Part shown: piece by piece, positions 36,691-49,277 of the stretch
How positions within the stretch are numbered: the stretch's first letter is position 1
Layout of the letters: every line of letters starts with the position of its first letter
NCBI RefSeq assembly: GCF_036321535.1
Contig: NC_087437.1
Location: 116,066,001-116,130,000 of the forward strand
Reading direction: 5' to 3'
Length of the DNA: 64,000 bases
From: Camelus dromedarius
Lineage: Eukaryota
Position numbers and translations under genes: made by a program
The notes under the pieces: generated by a model
What the model was told of the DNA's origin: nothing
What the model saw: the letters and a program-made list of their open reading frames with translations, nothing else
The model's database searches: none

Positions 36691-38194
36691 ACTGCGCATC
36701 CCTTTGTATCTTTGAGAGGAGACTGGACTGAACCCCCCCGGCCAGCTGCGCCAGTCACATCCTACCTCAGTTTGTGTGTGTCTTGGCTCCACCTTGTTTT
36801 TCAAACCAGTTCCAGTCTTTGAAGATTGTATCCAGTCTTCAGTCTTTTCAATTCTTCATTGTTCCTGCAACATATAAATGTGAGGACAAGTCCGTTACCC
36901 CCACCAGACGCATGGATGTCATCATGCTGTCACTGCGGGGATGACCTGCCTCCGAACTGTCATCAGGAAGATTATAGATAAATCAAGGACAAATGAAGCT
37001 AATTTAATACCAATATAGATACCATGGACTCTGAGTAAAGGAAAATGAGGAAGCACCTCAGACCTAACAGCCCTAAGCTGCAGAAGGAGAATGAGACCAC
37101 GTCTGTCCCACTCTGAGGATGGGGCTCTTGTACGTGACACTGCTGGGCTGTGATTTCACTCACCAAATAGCTGTGTATGTGTCCACCCTCTGGCTCATCA
37201 TATAATTAACGTCTCTGAGAAAATGGTGTTTCGTCACCTAAATGTATATATTTCACTGCTAAATGGGAATAAACATCCCAAGAGTATGATTATTATTGAC
37301 TTCATATTATAAGTTTTAAAATATATATACATTTGGGCCTTGATTTGGTGCCATTATTGGAAACACGCATTTAGTTCAAACAATATATTTTAAAAAGATT
37401 GCACTATATTGTGGTGCAAAGATTTTAGGGGGAGAAAAATTTGCTTTAAGTTGCAAATTTCATCTAAATTTCACCAAGCTCTCAGCCCAGTGGTTACTTT
37501 GCCTTGTATGCCATATTGGCACACTCTTTAAATCTATCAAAAAGCAGAAGGCGGTGCAGAAGCAGACTCCTATCTTATAGAGATAGCTGGGTCAGTTCAG
37601 ATCAAAATTTTATTGGTTTTGCCCTAAAAGCTATTGGAAAAACTTGTAGAATGAAGAGTAGTCACAATGTGATATTTAAAGCAGATTTCAAAGAAGAAAA
37701 CAGAACAAAATTGGTTCCTGTCCATAAAACGTTACTCTTTTCAAAAACATGTAAGTTAAATTGGCATGCAGATATAGTTCCATGATCTTTAAACTGCTAG
37801 GTATAAAGTGATCAAAACACTAAGTCTTAAAAAGAAAGAATTTGCAAGTATTAAAACACTTAATTGGAATGTTTCCTTTGGGGTCTTAGATAAGTAATGT
37901 TTTCTGGTGTTGTTCCCAAAAGGATAATAAATAAAATTATCTTTCAGTTGTGCAAGATGGGGTTTGTAGCCCTAATCCCCTTGATAAGGCATGTCACCCG
38001 TACTGGTTTCCTAGAGATGCTATCACAAAACACTGCACACTAAGTCGCTGGAACAACAGAAAGGACTGGGTTTGAAATCCCCAGATGCAGCCCGCCTGCT
38101 TCCTGCCCGCTCTGCAGGGTTTGCACCTCACTTTGCCAGCAGTGTTTGTGGTGTGATTGCATCTTCACGCAAATCTCTTTGTCTGACAGGTTGG

Positions 38195-38408
38195 GTATTT
38201 AAAAGTGGAAAAGAACAAGTGTTGGTGAAGATGTGGAGAAACTGGAACACTTCTGTATTGCTGGTGAGCACATAAAATGGTTCAGCCACTGGCAAAACAG
38301 TTTGTTGGTAAAAGTTAACAATAGAATTACCATATGATCCCATAACTCCACTCCAAGGTATATACCCAAAGTAATTGAAAACAGATATTCAAACAAGTAC
38401 ATGTTTGG
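38195..38408 (+). mobile_element. L1M ORF2-end fragment
   Basis: AACAAGTGTTGGTGAAGATGTGGAGAAACTGGAAC...ATAGAATTACCATATGATCCC...ATATACCCAAAGTAATTGAAAACAG. Confidence 0.8.
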
Positions 38409-38409
38409 C

Positions 38410-38543
38410 ATTTTTGATTGCCACAGTTTGGGCAGAGGCCAGGCATGTTGTTCAACACCCTACAATGCACAGGACAGCCCCCCACAGCAAAGAGCTATTC
38501 AACCCCAAATGTCAACAATGCCAAGGCTGAGAAACCCTGCTCT
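38410..38543 (+). mobile_element. MER20 (hAT-Charlie), partial
   Basis: CCTACAATGCACAGGACAGCCCCCCACAGCAAAGAGCTATTCAACCCCAAATGTCAACAATGCCAAGGCTGAGAAACCCTG. Confidence 0.85.
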
Positions 38544-38875
38544 AAAGGAGATGATGCTTTGGCAAATGTGACACTAGGCTGCAATCTCTTCCAAGCTTTC
38601 TTTATGTTTGATGCATAGAGTCCTGACTTGTATTTAAAACTGCACCTTAATATTAAAGTTTCTATAAAATACCTCCATGATGGATTGATATCGTCATATA
38701 ATCTCTTCTCTAATACAAGCTTTGAAAAGCATCATAATCGGTAGGCTGAATCCAAAAAGGCAGGAAGTGAAGGTGGGAAGAGGGTTGCAGTAAATACACG
38801 GCATTAACTCGGCACCTGGAAGGTGAGCCAGCTCTTGTCTGGCTCCTGCGGGCGTCCAGGTAGCAGTCTGGGTTC

Positions 38876-39317
38876 TATGCTGGTTTTTAAGGGCTGCTGT
38901 AACTAGTTACCACAAACTGAGTGGATTAAAACAACAGAAATTTACTCTCTCCCAGGTCTGAAACCCAGGGGTTCAAAATCAAGGTGCTGGCAGGCGCCTG
39001 CTTCCTCTGAGGCTCTAGGGGAAGGTCCTTCCTCGCCTCTGAGAGGTTCTGGTGGTTCTTTGGCTTGTGGCAGCACCCCCCTCCCCCCAATCTCTGCCTC
39101 CGTCAACAAGGGCCTCCTTCCCTGTGTGTCTGTATCTCCAAATCGCCTTGTCCTCGTAGGGGTATTCAATATTGGCTTTGGGGCTCATTCTAATCCAGTA
39201 TGACCTCATCTTAATTACATCTGCAAAGACTGTACTTCCAAATGAGATCTTATTCACTGGTACTGGAGGTCAGGACTTGAACATATATTTTGAGGGAGCA
39301 CAACTCAGTCCATAACA
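38876..39317 (-). mobile_element. MaLR solo LTR (MLT1C-like)
   Basis: GGGCTGCTGTAACTAGTTACCACAAACTGAGTGG...AAATCAAGGTGCTGGCAGG...TGACCTCATCTTAATTACATCTGCAAAGAC...CAACTCAGTCCATAACA. Confidence 0.85.
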
Positions 39318-40539
39318 CTCAGCAGCCAAGACGGATGAGGTCCTTCGCTCTCCACACCGCGGAAATCCTCCTCTCCCTTTGATGCCTTAAAGCTCGTCTC
39401 CATCGGTCACTGGTGACGGCCACTTTGTTGCTGACTTGGACTGTTGACTGCACGGCTCCCCTACTACTCGTCCACATTCACCACTTACTTTACCCTCCTG
39501 TGTCTTTCTTCTCTTCTTTCTCCACTATTTTCCCATCAGTTCGCCTTGTCCACCTGATTTTACCACTGGCAGCGCACCAAGCCCCACCTTCCTGTCCTGT
39601 GAAGACGCTCACCCCACTCACCGAGCATAAATCGGAGTCCTGGGATCTTCCTGGCCATATTCTTCGGCTGCCAGTTGCTTTCTGAACTGCAAAAGGCATT
39701 TTCTTCTAAGGGCTTACATGCTAGGAGTCCTTGGGGGCATTTGGCGCTTCCAGAAGAGCGGATGTTAGGCAGCAAAGCTCTGCTACATTAACAGCTCGGG
39801 GACGCTGCAGCTGGGATTGTTTGCTTTTCAGAGGTCATCACTTTGGTTTTTAATTTATGAACGATAGCCTTTGGGGAGCCCTGGAGGTAAAAGACAGCAG
39901 GAACTCAGCGGCATCATGTAGAAAGCAGGGAGTGAAGTGTCTAATGGAGGCAAGAACATGCTGGACCGGTAATTTTTTTTTATTAGGCAAAGAAGTAGAG
40001 TCTGTGAGAAGAGGCGTGGGATGTGGGATCACTCCCATCCTCGGTCAGTGCTGAAGAGCCTGAGGCCCCTGTCTTGGTCTAACTCTGGTGATGCTGAAAA
40101 GATGCTCAAGCAGAAATACAAAATAACCATCAACACCAGAGGCAAGGATCAGCACTGGAGCTATGTTCTACTCATGGAACCAAAACCTGTAGTTGGATGC
40201 ATGAAAGTTGCTTAACTCTATGGAGCTCAGTCTCTAAACACACTCAAGTCATTCAGTGAAGAGCCGCAGAACTTCCAATCCTGGGCCCCAGCAATGTGCC
40301 TGGGTCCCAAGCAGGCGGTTGGAGGTGAAAGTTGTGGGCTCGTTTTCCTCCAGCTTCTCACCAGGTGAGTGTGTCCCCTGTCACAAACGGTCCTCTGAGA
40401 TGGTTCCCTAGGTCCTATTTCTGCCCCTTTAAAATACTGACAGTTCCCAACAGGAGCATTGCCGTTACCCATTTTGTCTAAGATTGCTACTCGCTGTCTC
40501 TCCCCCTTCGATGTTTTATTCCCCTTCTTAGGGAATCAC

Positions 40540-40850
40540 TTCCAAACACACTGTTTCCTCATTAGTCTCATCCATCGTGTCTCTGCTCCCTGAAACAGCA
40601 GCTCTGTGAGGATAAGGGGCCTTGTCCATTTTGTTCATCGCTGTGCTGCTGTTCCTGACACAGCCCCAGACCACTCCCACCTTATCAGCCCCCAGGCACA
40701 CATGCTTGTTATTACCTGGCTGTGATTTCAAACTGATGTCGCAGGCATATAGCATTTGTATAATGGGGATGACAACAGAATTTAGCTCATGTGGTTGTGG
40801 TGAATTAGTACCTGTAAAGTCCTAGAACAGCGCCTGACCCAGAGTAAGAA
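40540..40850 (+). mobile_element. L2 3' fragment followed by MIR fragment
   Basis: AGCTCTGTGAGGATAAGGGGCCTTGTCCATTTTGTTCATCGCTG (L2), then TTTGTATAATGGGGATGACAACAG...TGTAAAGTCCTAGAACAGCGCCTGAC (MIR). Confidence 0.6.
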
Positions 40851-41359
40851 GTTGGCAATGTCCCCTCCACTCACGGTGCCCCGCTCTGGCTGTGCCTGCT
40901 TGGAGCCTGGGTGTCCTGTGCTGAGAGGAATTCATCTGTTTTATCTTCCATTAAATCTCAAAATAAAGGAGCGTAACATAAAAGATTTTATCAGTGTTCG
41001 TTTTTGCTTCCCATTTATTTTTCTTAACTTTTTGGTGCTTGGCCATTGCTTGTCTGTTGGGTAAACTATCAATGACAGGGAAAAAAACAAGTAAAAGGAA
41101 ATGATACTGCTCATTTCAACAACTTGCACTTTCATAGACTTATGTATAAAGCTTGCTTTCTTTAAAATTATTAGAATTTAATTATTCCCCTCTGCTTGAT
41201 TAAATTACACATTGATGTTTCATGGTCTTTTTAAATTACATCATGACCTCAAACACTCAGTCAATCCACTCACTAATTTAGTTGTCTGGCCATCCAGGCA
41301 GATCTATGCCCTTTGTGGGCAGTTACTTCTTCCCCATGGGTTGTAATCTGGAGGGTCTG

Positions 41360-41729
41360 TGTTATTGACTGAATATCTGTGTTTCCCCAAACTCATAACT
41401 TGAAGCCCTAGCCCCTAACGTGGTGGTATTTGGAGATGGAGCCTTTGGGAGGTGATTAAAGTTAGATGAGCTCATGGAGGGTGGGTCATGTTGGGATAAG
41501 TGTCCATATAGGAGGAGACACTAGACAGCTGTCTGTATTTCTGCCACGTGAAGACATAGCAAGAAGGCAGCTATTTGCAAGCCAGGAAGAAGGTCCACAC
41601 TAGAACCCCATCACTCTGACACCCTGATCTCAGACTTCCAGCCTCCAGAACTGTAAGAAAATCAACTTCAGTTGTTTAAGCCTCCCTGTCCATGGTATTT
41701 TGTTACGGCAGCCTGAGCTGACTAAGACA
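41360..41729 (+). mobile_element. MaLR solo LTR (MLT1A/A0-like)
   Basis: TGTTATTGACTGAATATCTGTG...GGTATTTGGAGATGGAGCCTTTGGGAGGTGATTA...CAGACTTCCAGCCTCCAGAACTGTAAGAAAAT...GCAGCCTGAGCTGACTAAGACA. Confidence 0.9.
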
Positions 41730-42819
41730 GATTGTAATACAGAGTTCTGCTCCTTTACATGAGGGGCAGGTGTGACCCAACCCCAACGAATTGGACACAT
41801 TATCCCTAGGAGTGGATCTTGAGCAGAAGGGAGAAAATACAAATAGTTGGAGTTCACTTGTGACGGAGGCCCCCTGACCAGAGCCCTCTTGCCGTGGGAC
41901 CTCCCAGCTAATCCTACATTCTCTCCTCCCGGAGCTGCCCATAGTCCTGCCTGTTTCCAAGACCAAGTCCCCAGTCTCCCACACTGACACCCTGGGCACT
42001 TGATATTCTTCCACTAGGTCCCTCTCTTGTTTAATTTAGACAGAGTTAACGTCTGCTGCTTACGACCCAAGAATCCCAACTGATATGTCAACCTGCTGGG
42101 CCACTTAATGCGTAAGGCCTCCGTACCTTGTCAGCTCGCCCTTTATGAGATATCATAGCTACATCTGAGTGCTTAATGGGTTAATAGGCTTCTGAAATGA
42201 AGTTGATAATTTAATGACTTTTGACATATTTGAGTCGTTTATATTTTTTGATAGGGTAAGCTAAAGGTAACACTAAAATTTTATTCATACAGTAATATTT
42301 GAATAAATCATCAGAATCATTATTCCCTGAGTTGAATTTCTCATCATGTTTAGGGGAAAGGGGCCCGGGGAACGGTAAGTTGGAGAAATGGTATGTAAGT
42401 GAGCTTATGCGAAGGTTAACATTAACAGGCATTGGGTGCTTTCAGCTTTGCTATAGATTATAAAGCTATTAATGACGTGCATAAATGAGGAGGAAACTGC
42501 AAATTACTTTATGGTTAGGAAATTTCAGAAGACTTATGGTATTGACTTTCACTGACACCAAGTAATTAGAAAAAAGTGAGGTGATTTAAGATGAAAATTG
42601 ATTTACATAAATGTTCATCATGGCCTTTTGATTATCATGGAAAAGGATTATTGATGAGTTACTCATATTTTAATGTTTACAAGCCCTTGTGAACATTAAA
42701 CTTTCACATAATACAAAAAAGGGTTGTGACAAATTGGATTTCAAGCCAGAGTGGTTGATGTTTCAGTCCCAAGGATCAGCTGAGCCAAGACCTGTAGAGG
42801 TGTTTGGAGCACAGGAGAT

Positions 42820-44150
42820 GTTTATTCAATGAACTAACTCAACACACAATGATTGTGCCAGTTCTTTTCCTGCTGCTGTGGTATTTGCTAGACATACAGG
42901 TTCACAACATGGCCTTATACAAGCAAAAAGGATACAGTCTAAATGAAGACATAAAGGTATACAAGTAAGAGCAGTTAAACCATAGACACCAAGACAGACT
43001 TATCTATGAGATCCGTGAAGCCCAAAGGTGAGGCTGCTCAGTTTTTCAAGTGGAAAGTGGGGGAGCATCCAGGAAGGAAGTGTGTGTATGTGTGTGTGCA
43101 CGTGTGCATGCACACAAATGCACGTGCATACGTGTATGTGTGATAATTCATGATAATTCTGGAGAGAGCTCACACCATAGGAAAGGTTCACAAGATGAGA
43201 TACAGACAGGGCAGGTTGATAAATGCAAGAAGCTAAGTATGACCCAAATACTGGTGTGAGAAGAGATGCCAAGAGGATGAAGGCTGGAAAGTCAGGTCTG
43301 GTCAGACCTTGGCAGGACCTGTGGGCCAGGATATGCATTTGGAATTGATCCACCATGTACACAGGAGCCATTAACATATTGAAATGATGGATTGAAATAA
43401 TCAGATTTTTGTTTTAGGAAAATCACATTGATAAATGAGCGGAAGCTCTGATGAGAAAAGGAAAAACTAGGATCCTAAAGACCCACTGAGAAGTAGCTCC
43501 AGTGATTGCTGGGCAAATGGTGAGGACTTGAGTGAAGGCAATGGCGATGAGGATGAGAGAGGAGGGGAGGGATGGGAGAGACGTTTATGGGAAAAGTTTG
43601 ACCAGACTTGACCCCGATTTAAATTGAGGTGGAATAGTTGTGCAAGAAGGGGAAGAGGCCAGACTGATCACCAAGGCTGGGTCTCAGGCAGATAGTGAGA
43701 ATTTATAACATAGAGGAGAAACGGCAAGACTGTGGGTAGAGATCAGAATAGTAACTCAATGTTAGAGGCATTGAATTTGAGATGCTTGAAGTACATTCAC
43801 ATAAATGACCAGGAAGTAACTGGACATTGAAGTCAGGAGCCCAGCATGGGTTCTGGCCTAGATAAGCACTTCTGGAAGTTGCCAGCACACAGGTGGAGGC
43901 AAAAGTACAGAGTGAATGAGATTGTCTAGGGAGACAATGTGGAATGGAGAGCAGTCACCATTTGTGGGTGGGCGGGAGGAGCCTAGGTCATGAAAGAAAT
44001 GGGGAGGGAGTGGTCAAGGGGGACACTGTGCATCCTGAGACCAAGGGGAGCAGGGCTTCAGGGAGGAAGGAGCAGTCAGAAGCCACAAGTGCCACAGAAA
44101 AGGTCAAGGGGATTTCAATTGCATTATACATTGCTTTGGAAAAACAGTAA
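42820..44150 (-). mobile_element. L2 remnant (fragmented)
   Basis: TTTATTCAATGAACTAACTCAACA...AATCAGATTTTTGTTTTAGGAAAATCAC...TTGAATTTGAGATGCTTG...GAGTGAATGAGATTGTCTAGGGAG, purine-rich reverse L2. Confidence 0.65.
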
Positions 44151-44346
44151 GCAAGCTGTTATGAGAGATTCAGGCTAGGCTGCCAATCTTTAGATCAGTT
44201 GTAGTAAAGAGAAGTAAAACTCTGGGTCCCATCTCTGAGTGGCCTGGTATGCCTTTTCTGCTGTGGTATATCCTGCCCCTCAGCTCTGCTATGTTGCTAG
44301 GATGTAACTGAGTGCCTGACTGAGATGTACTCTTTCTCCTTCTAGC

Positions 44347-44567
44347 ACACGATCTCTCAACCTCAGCACCACTGACACTTTGGACCAGATATGTCTTTAC
44401 CGTGAAGGATGTCCTGTGCTTTGCAGCAGGCTTAGCAGCATCCCCAGCCTTTATCCGTCAGGTGTCAGTTTCACCATCCCTCTCCCCAAGTTATGACAAC
44501 CAACAATTTATCCAGGCAGTACCCAGTGTCCCCTGGGGGGTCAAACTGCCCCAGTGGAAAACCATTA
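44347..44567 (-). mobile_element. MER20 (hAT-Charlie), near full length
   Basis: TCTCAACCTCAGCACCACTGACACTTTGGACCAGATA...TGTCCTGTGC...AGCAGCATCCCCAGCCT...TGTCCCCTGGGGGG...GAAAACCA. Confidence 0.85.
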
Positions 44568-45289
44568 CTTTGGATCTGTAGCAAGGCAGATCAAGCTGCA
44601 CCTTCTGAAACGTTTGCCAGGATAGGAGCACAGAATGTAGAAATAGATTTTAGATGAAAACTGTCTGGACCATAATGTTGTCTCAGAAAAGATGTGTGTG
44701 GTGATAGAAGCCAAATAACCAAGCAATATAGACCTTAACTGTTTGAGTAAAACAGAGATTTTATTATTTTTTTTCTCTGAAGCAAAAAATGAACAAGTTG
44801 TCTCTAGGTGAAGACAAAACTATAAAAGCCAATAAAAAAAAAAAGATTGCACATAGTCACAGGCACATGGCCTTGTATACTAAGCATGGGGAAGCAGGAG
44901 CTCATGGCAATTACCATCTGTTTTGGGTCCATTGGTGAACAGGATCCATCTATCAGTTTGAAAATAGTCCTTATAGATCTTCATAGTTGATTAAAATACC
45001 AGCTCAGAGGCAAGTAATTTGTTCTCTACCTCACCTCTACTTACCTCAAAGCAAAGCATTTAGGTGCTCTTAGTTCTGAAGGCAGAAGCAATAGTTTTTC
45101 TCTCATTTGGTTTGGTTTTCTGCTTTCCAGGATCTGAGCAATACTCATAGTTACTAGCAGATTTGTTTTCCCTTGCTTACGCTCACAAAATGATGGAATG
45201 CATAAACCCCCTGGTGAGGGTTTTATTCTACTGAGTACACAGTTGTGACTCACACTCTGGTTTCAGTGAACGGTCTTAATACATTGGTT

Positions 45290-47215
45290 CCTTCATTCAG
45301 TCAACAAATAATCATCACATGCCTTTCTGGATGTGAGGTACTGCCCTAGTCATGGCAGAGACTGGATGGTGCTGCGGATAAAATACTGGCCCTGTGTTTT
45401 GCTCAACTTGGGGAGAGAGAAACAATAAACAAGTAATGTAAATATATAGGCAAAAAGATGAAATAAATACAAATTGTGATCACTGCCATGCAGGAAATAG
45501 AGTAATGTTATCGTAATTGGCCTGGGGTGAGGGGTCTGATTTAGACCAGTTGGTCAGGGAAGGCAGATCTACGGAGATAACATTTTGCCTGTTGCCTTTA
45601 GGATGAGATCCAAGCATTTAAGGAGCTGAAGAAAGGTAAAGAATCTTCCAAGAACAAGAATGACTACAGTGCAGTGAGCAAAGAGCTGAATGGTGGGAAA
45701 GAACACTAGAGAGGCAGGCGGCGCCAGAGCATGAAGACCTTTTTGCATTTGAATTTTGATCTCAACAATAAAGGGAAGGTGGTGAAATGTTAAGCTGGAG
45801 ACTGAAGAGCATGTGTCTAAGATTTTAGAATATCATATTGCCTGCTGGGTAGGAAGCAAAAAGGCCAGGAGGAGGCCGTCAAATCAGCCCAATGATAGAG
45901 GATGGTGGAGAGGCTGGGGGTAGTGGGAGTGGAGAGAGAAATGTGAACTGATCGGAGATGTGTGTTGGGTACAGAGCAAGTGGGATGTGGTAAGCAGAAC
46001 AAAGCTTCCGAAAAGGACCACAGCCCTGCTGACACCTTGATTTTAGCCCAGGGAGACTCACGTCAGACTCACGGCCTACAAAACTGTAAGGTAATAGATT
46101 TGTGTTGTTTAAGCCACTAGTTTGTAGTAATTTGGTAGAGCAGCAATAGGAGAGCAACATGGAGAACTTGGTGGTTGATTGGATAAGGAAGGGAGGAGGT
46201 CCTCAGAGTGGCTACCTAGGTTTCCAGCTTGGCCAGCCAGTGGGCAGTGATGTCACATGATGAGGTGCAGAAAACTCAGGGAGGAACAGACTCTGGTGGG
46301 TGGAAACCAGGCTGGTGCTGTGGTCATTGATATTTTAGTTAAGTCTGAAATGCCTATTTAAATGGAGGTACCAAACAGGAACTTGATTATATAAGTCTGG
46401 GGTTCAGACGAGAAGTCTGAACTAATGATAATGTTGGACTAGAAAGAACACAGGTGATATTCACAAATGTGAGACTAAATGATCAGACCTAAGAAGGGAG
46501 CGTAGATGGAGAAGCAAGACTAAAGTCCAATTCACAGACACTACAATCTGCGGAGGTTGTGTAGAGAAGGAGCAGGGGACAGCAAAGGTGACAGAAAAGG
46601 AGCCCCAGAGCACGGGGAGAAGAGCAACAGAGTGCAGCGTCAGAAAGTCAAGTGAGAGGTGTGTACGGTAAAGGAGGAAGGAGCTGTGCCCAATGCTGCC
46701 GAGGCATCTGGTGGGACAGTAACACAGAAGAGGCACTGAATTTGGCCATGGGGGTGGGTCATAGTCTTGGGCAAGATCATATGAGTAGAGTGGTAAGAAT
46801 GGAGAGCAGATGGAACCAGGGTGAAGGGGTGATGGAAGGTTAGGTGATTAAATTCAGACAGTGAGTCTTACAACTTGTTTCACAGGAAACAGGAACAAAG
46901 AATGGAGAGGTTTTTGCTGGAGCTGAGTAAGGAGTCAAGAGGTGCCTTTTAAAGATGGATCGAGTTTGTATATGACATGAATAATCTAGTAGGGAGGGAT
47001 AAATGTATCCAGGTGGGAGAGAAAGATAGAGATACAGAGAGCAACGATGAGGCAGGAATAAGTGATGAGTGGACTATCTGAGAAGGGAATACGAGATGGG
47101 ACCCAGTGCACAAGCAGAGGAATTTACCAGTTTTGCTCACAGTAATAGAGAAACAGGGAAGATGGGTGGAGATGACGGTAAGTCTATAGATTTGTTGGTG
47201 GGGGAGTGTGAGGAA
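45290..47215 (-). mobile_element. L2 remnant (long), containing an MLT1 3' fragment
   Basis: TTCATTCAGTCAACAAATA...GGTCAGGGAAGGC...CCTAGGTTTCCAGCTTGG...TAAGTCTGAAATGCCTATT...TGAATTTGGCCATGGGG, reverse L2. Confidence 0.7.
46000..46160 (+). mobile_element. MLT1C/D 3' fragment
   Basis: CAGCCCTGCTGACACCTTGATTTTAGCCCAG...TTTGTGTTGTTTAAGCCACTAGTTTGTAGTAATTTG...GCAGCAATAGGA. Confidence 0.8.
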
Positions 47216-48349
47216 GAATAAAAATTCCAGGCAGCATACTAGCCTGGCCTTTCTACATTAGTATTGCCTTAATAACAATTTGGGAGTCATAATCCAAAAA
47301 TTTAGATATGAGGAGAGAGGACACTGAGTCACTTTGATCCCAATGATATTTTTATGATTGTACCGAATACGTTTATGACATCTGTAAGAAGAAAGTCTAG
47401 AATACTGAGCAAAATGATGCCTTTGGGAAAGAACGTTAACGGACAACAGCAACTACCAAACTTGCCTCCCTTACTGCCTCAGAACTTGAGCTTCTTTTAG
47501 TCATTTTATTGTCAAGCGCCTGAGAAGTGACCAGCAAGCCTGTATCAAAGGGCTCGGCTCTTTGAGGTGTCATCCTGGCAGTGGTAATAGGATCTTTGTA
47601 AATCAAATCATTTGTCTTCTCAGATGAACTTGAAACTAGAGATAGTCATCACTGGGCTGACATCACAGTCGTGATAGCTTAGAATCCTAGATGCATAATT
47701 TTCCTGAAATACTGGACTGTTATTCCATGCAAGGCTTTTAGGGGTCCATAAGGAGAAAGAAAATAACTAGAATTTTTACGGCAGTAAATTTATCTCATTC
47801 TCTTTAAAATGTCTGCATATTATAGTGTGTACAAAATATTAGTAAAATAATATACATGCAATTTATGGCTCAGTAAAACTCCACAGAGTAGTGATTGTGC
47901 TGAAAGCATGCACGCTGAGTGGTCAAAGTAGTTTGTGGACCACCACTCGAAATATCTAAGCCAACTGAGTAAGGTATTTTGCAGGCTGGCAGGAACTGAA
48001 ATCCTCTACTCAGGGATAAGCAAGACATGGGCCTGGTCCCCTTTATCAGGAGGGTTGCTTGGCTAGAAGACCTTATCTTCAACAGCAAAGTGGGGAGGGG
48101 ACCAGGATAGGTCACTCAGGGCTCTCCCAGGTTGACCAGATGTCCAGGCAGCACACACTACGGAGCCTTCATTTGGTTCTCACATCATGATGAGGGCAGC
48201 AGAGCAGTCTGGCTGAAGTGAGGACAGTAGCCCAGAGTCCTGCCTACCCAGTGCCTTCCCCCTCAGGGTGTGGGCCCTGCCTCCCAACTAGACTCTGGAA
48301 GTCACTCTGAGCACTGCTGGGAAGCTCTGTGCTAGAAGACCCTTCCTCA

Positions 48350-49277
48350 TGTAACTAAGCAAGACCTTACGGAGCCTTCCTGGGGCAGACCCCTCCTCCG
48401 TATCCTCTGCTGTAGCTCTGAAGTACCTGGATAATAGTATCTCATGCATTTTTCAGATGCTAAAACCACCACCAAATGGGAGGAATGAATTAACAGTGGG
48501 AAATAACGTCATCAGTGAGCATACAGTAATAGTTTAAACGGCCTTTCTCATGTTTGGACTGGAGAAGAGGCGAAGGGCTTGGGCGGCCTGTCCAGCCCCC
48601 TGGGGGCACTGCACGTGGGGACCGTGCGCAGTGCCTCGCCTTTGCTCCCGACACCTCAGAAATGGCAGTTGGCTGGGGGTTTGTTTTTGGGTTTTTTTTT
48701 GCATCTTGCTGTTCATAACTCACCTCCACTACAAATACCTGCAGTTGTTTTTAGTCTCGTGTGGTTTCTTTGTATTCTGTTGTTTGAGGTGCAGGTACCA
48801 CCCTGTGCAAACACCGAAGCAAGAGGTCCCAGGCCTAGCCTTCTTAAAATGCTAGAAGCATATGTCAACCTGACTTTATAACTGCACAAATTTTTCTCTA
48901 GAGCACTATTCCAAGGACCCCCCTCCCTAAAAAACCTTTGTTCTAGGCACAAGAATATTAGAAGAGCCCCAAAGCCGGAGGTGAACTTCATATTCAGCAG
49001 AAGGAAGACCACTGCATCTGCAAAAACAAGATCAACTTTGCAACAATTTGTTACCCTACATGTGATCTCTATGGAAACCAGCACCTCTCCTTGAACTCTT
49101 AAACTTTTACTGTAAGACCCCTGCCTTCTCTCCCCAGCAGGCTCACAGTCTTAGAGGCATTAGCCCACTGTGACCTCCTTTGCCTGGTAGAGAAATAAAG
49201 CTGCCTTTTCTGCTTCATCCAAAACTCTGCCCTCGAGTGTCAATTCGGTAAAGGGCCGAGGAGGCTAAGTTTCAGCA
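48350..49277 (+). mobile_element. ERV1-class solo LTR (about 928 bp), related to 33317-34148
   Basis: Starts TGTAACTAAGCAAGACCTTA (compare TGTTACTGAGCAGGATCTTA) and ends TTTCAGCA; AATAAA at 49194-99; a 39-bp block is identical to 34058-34096; no clean TSD. Confidence 0.85.

Noticed and set aside
33317..49277. A single 16-kb provirus bounded by the two LTRs
   Set aside because: The first LTR has its own TSD on both sides, no primer binding site or gag/pol/env follows it, the LTRs differ in U3, and the interior is older L2/MIR/MLT1/MER20 sequence.
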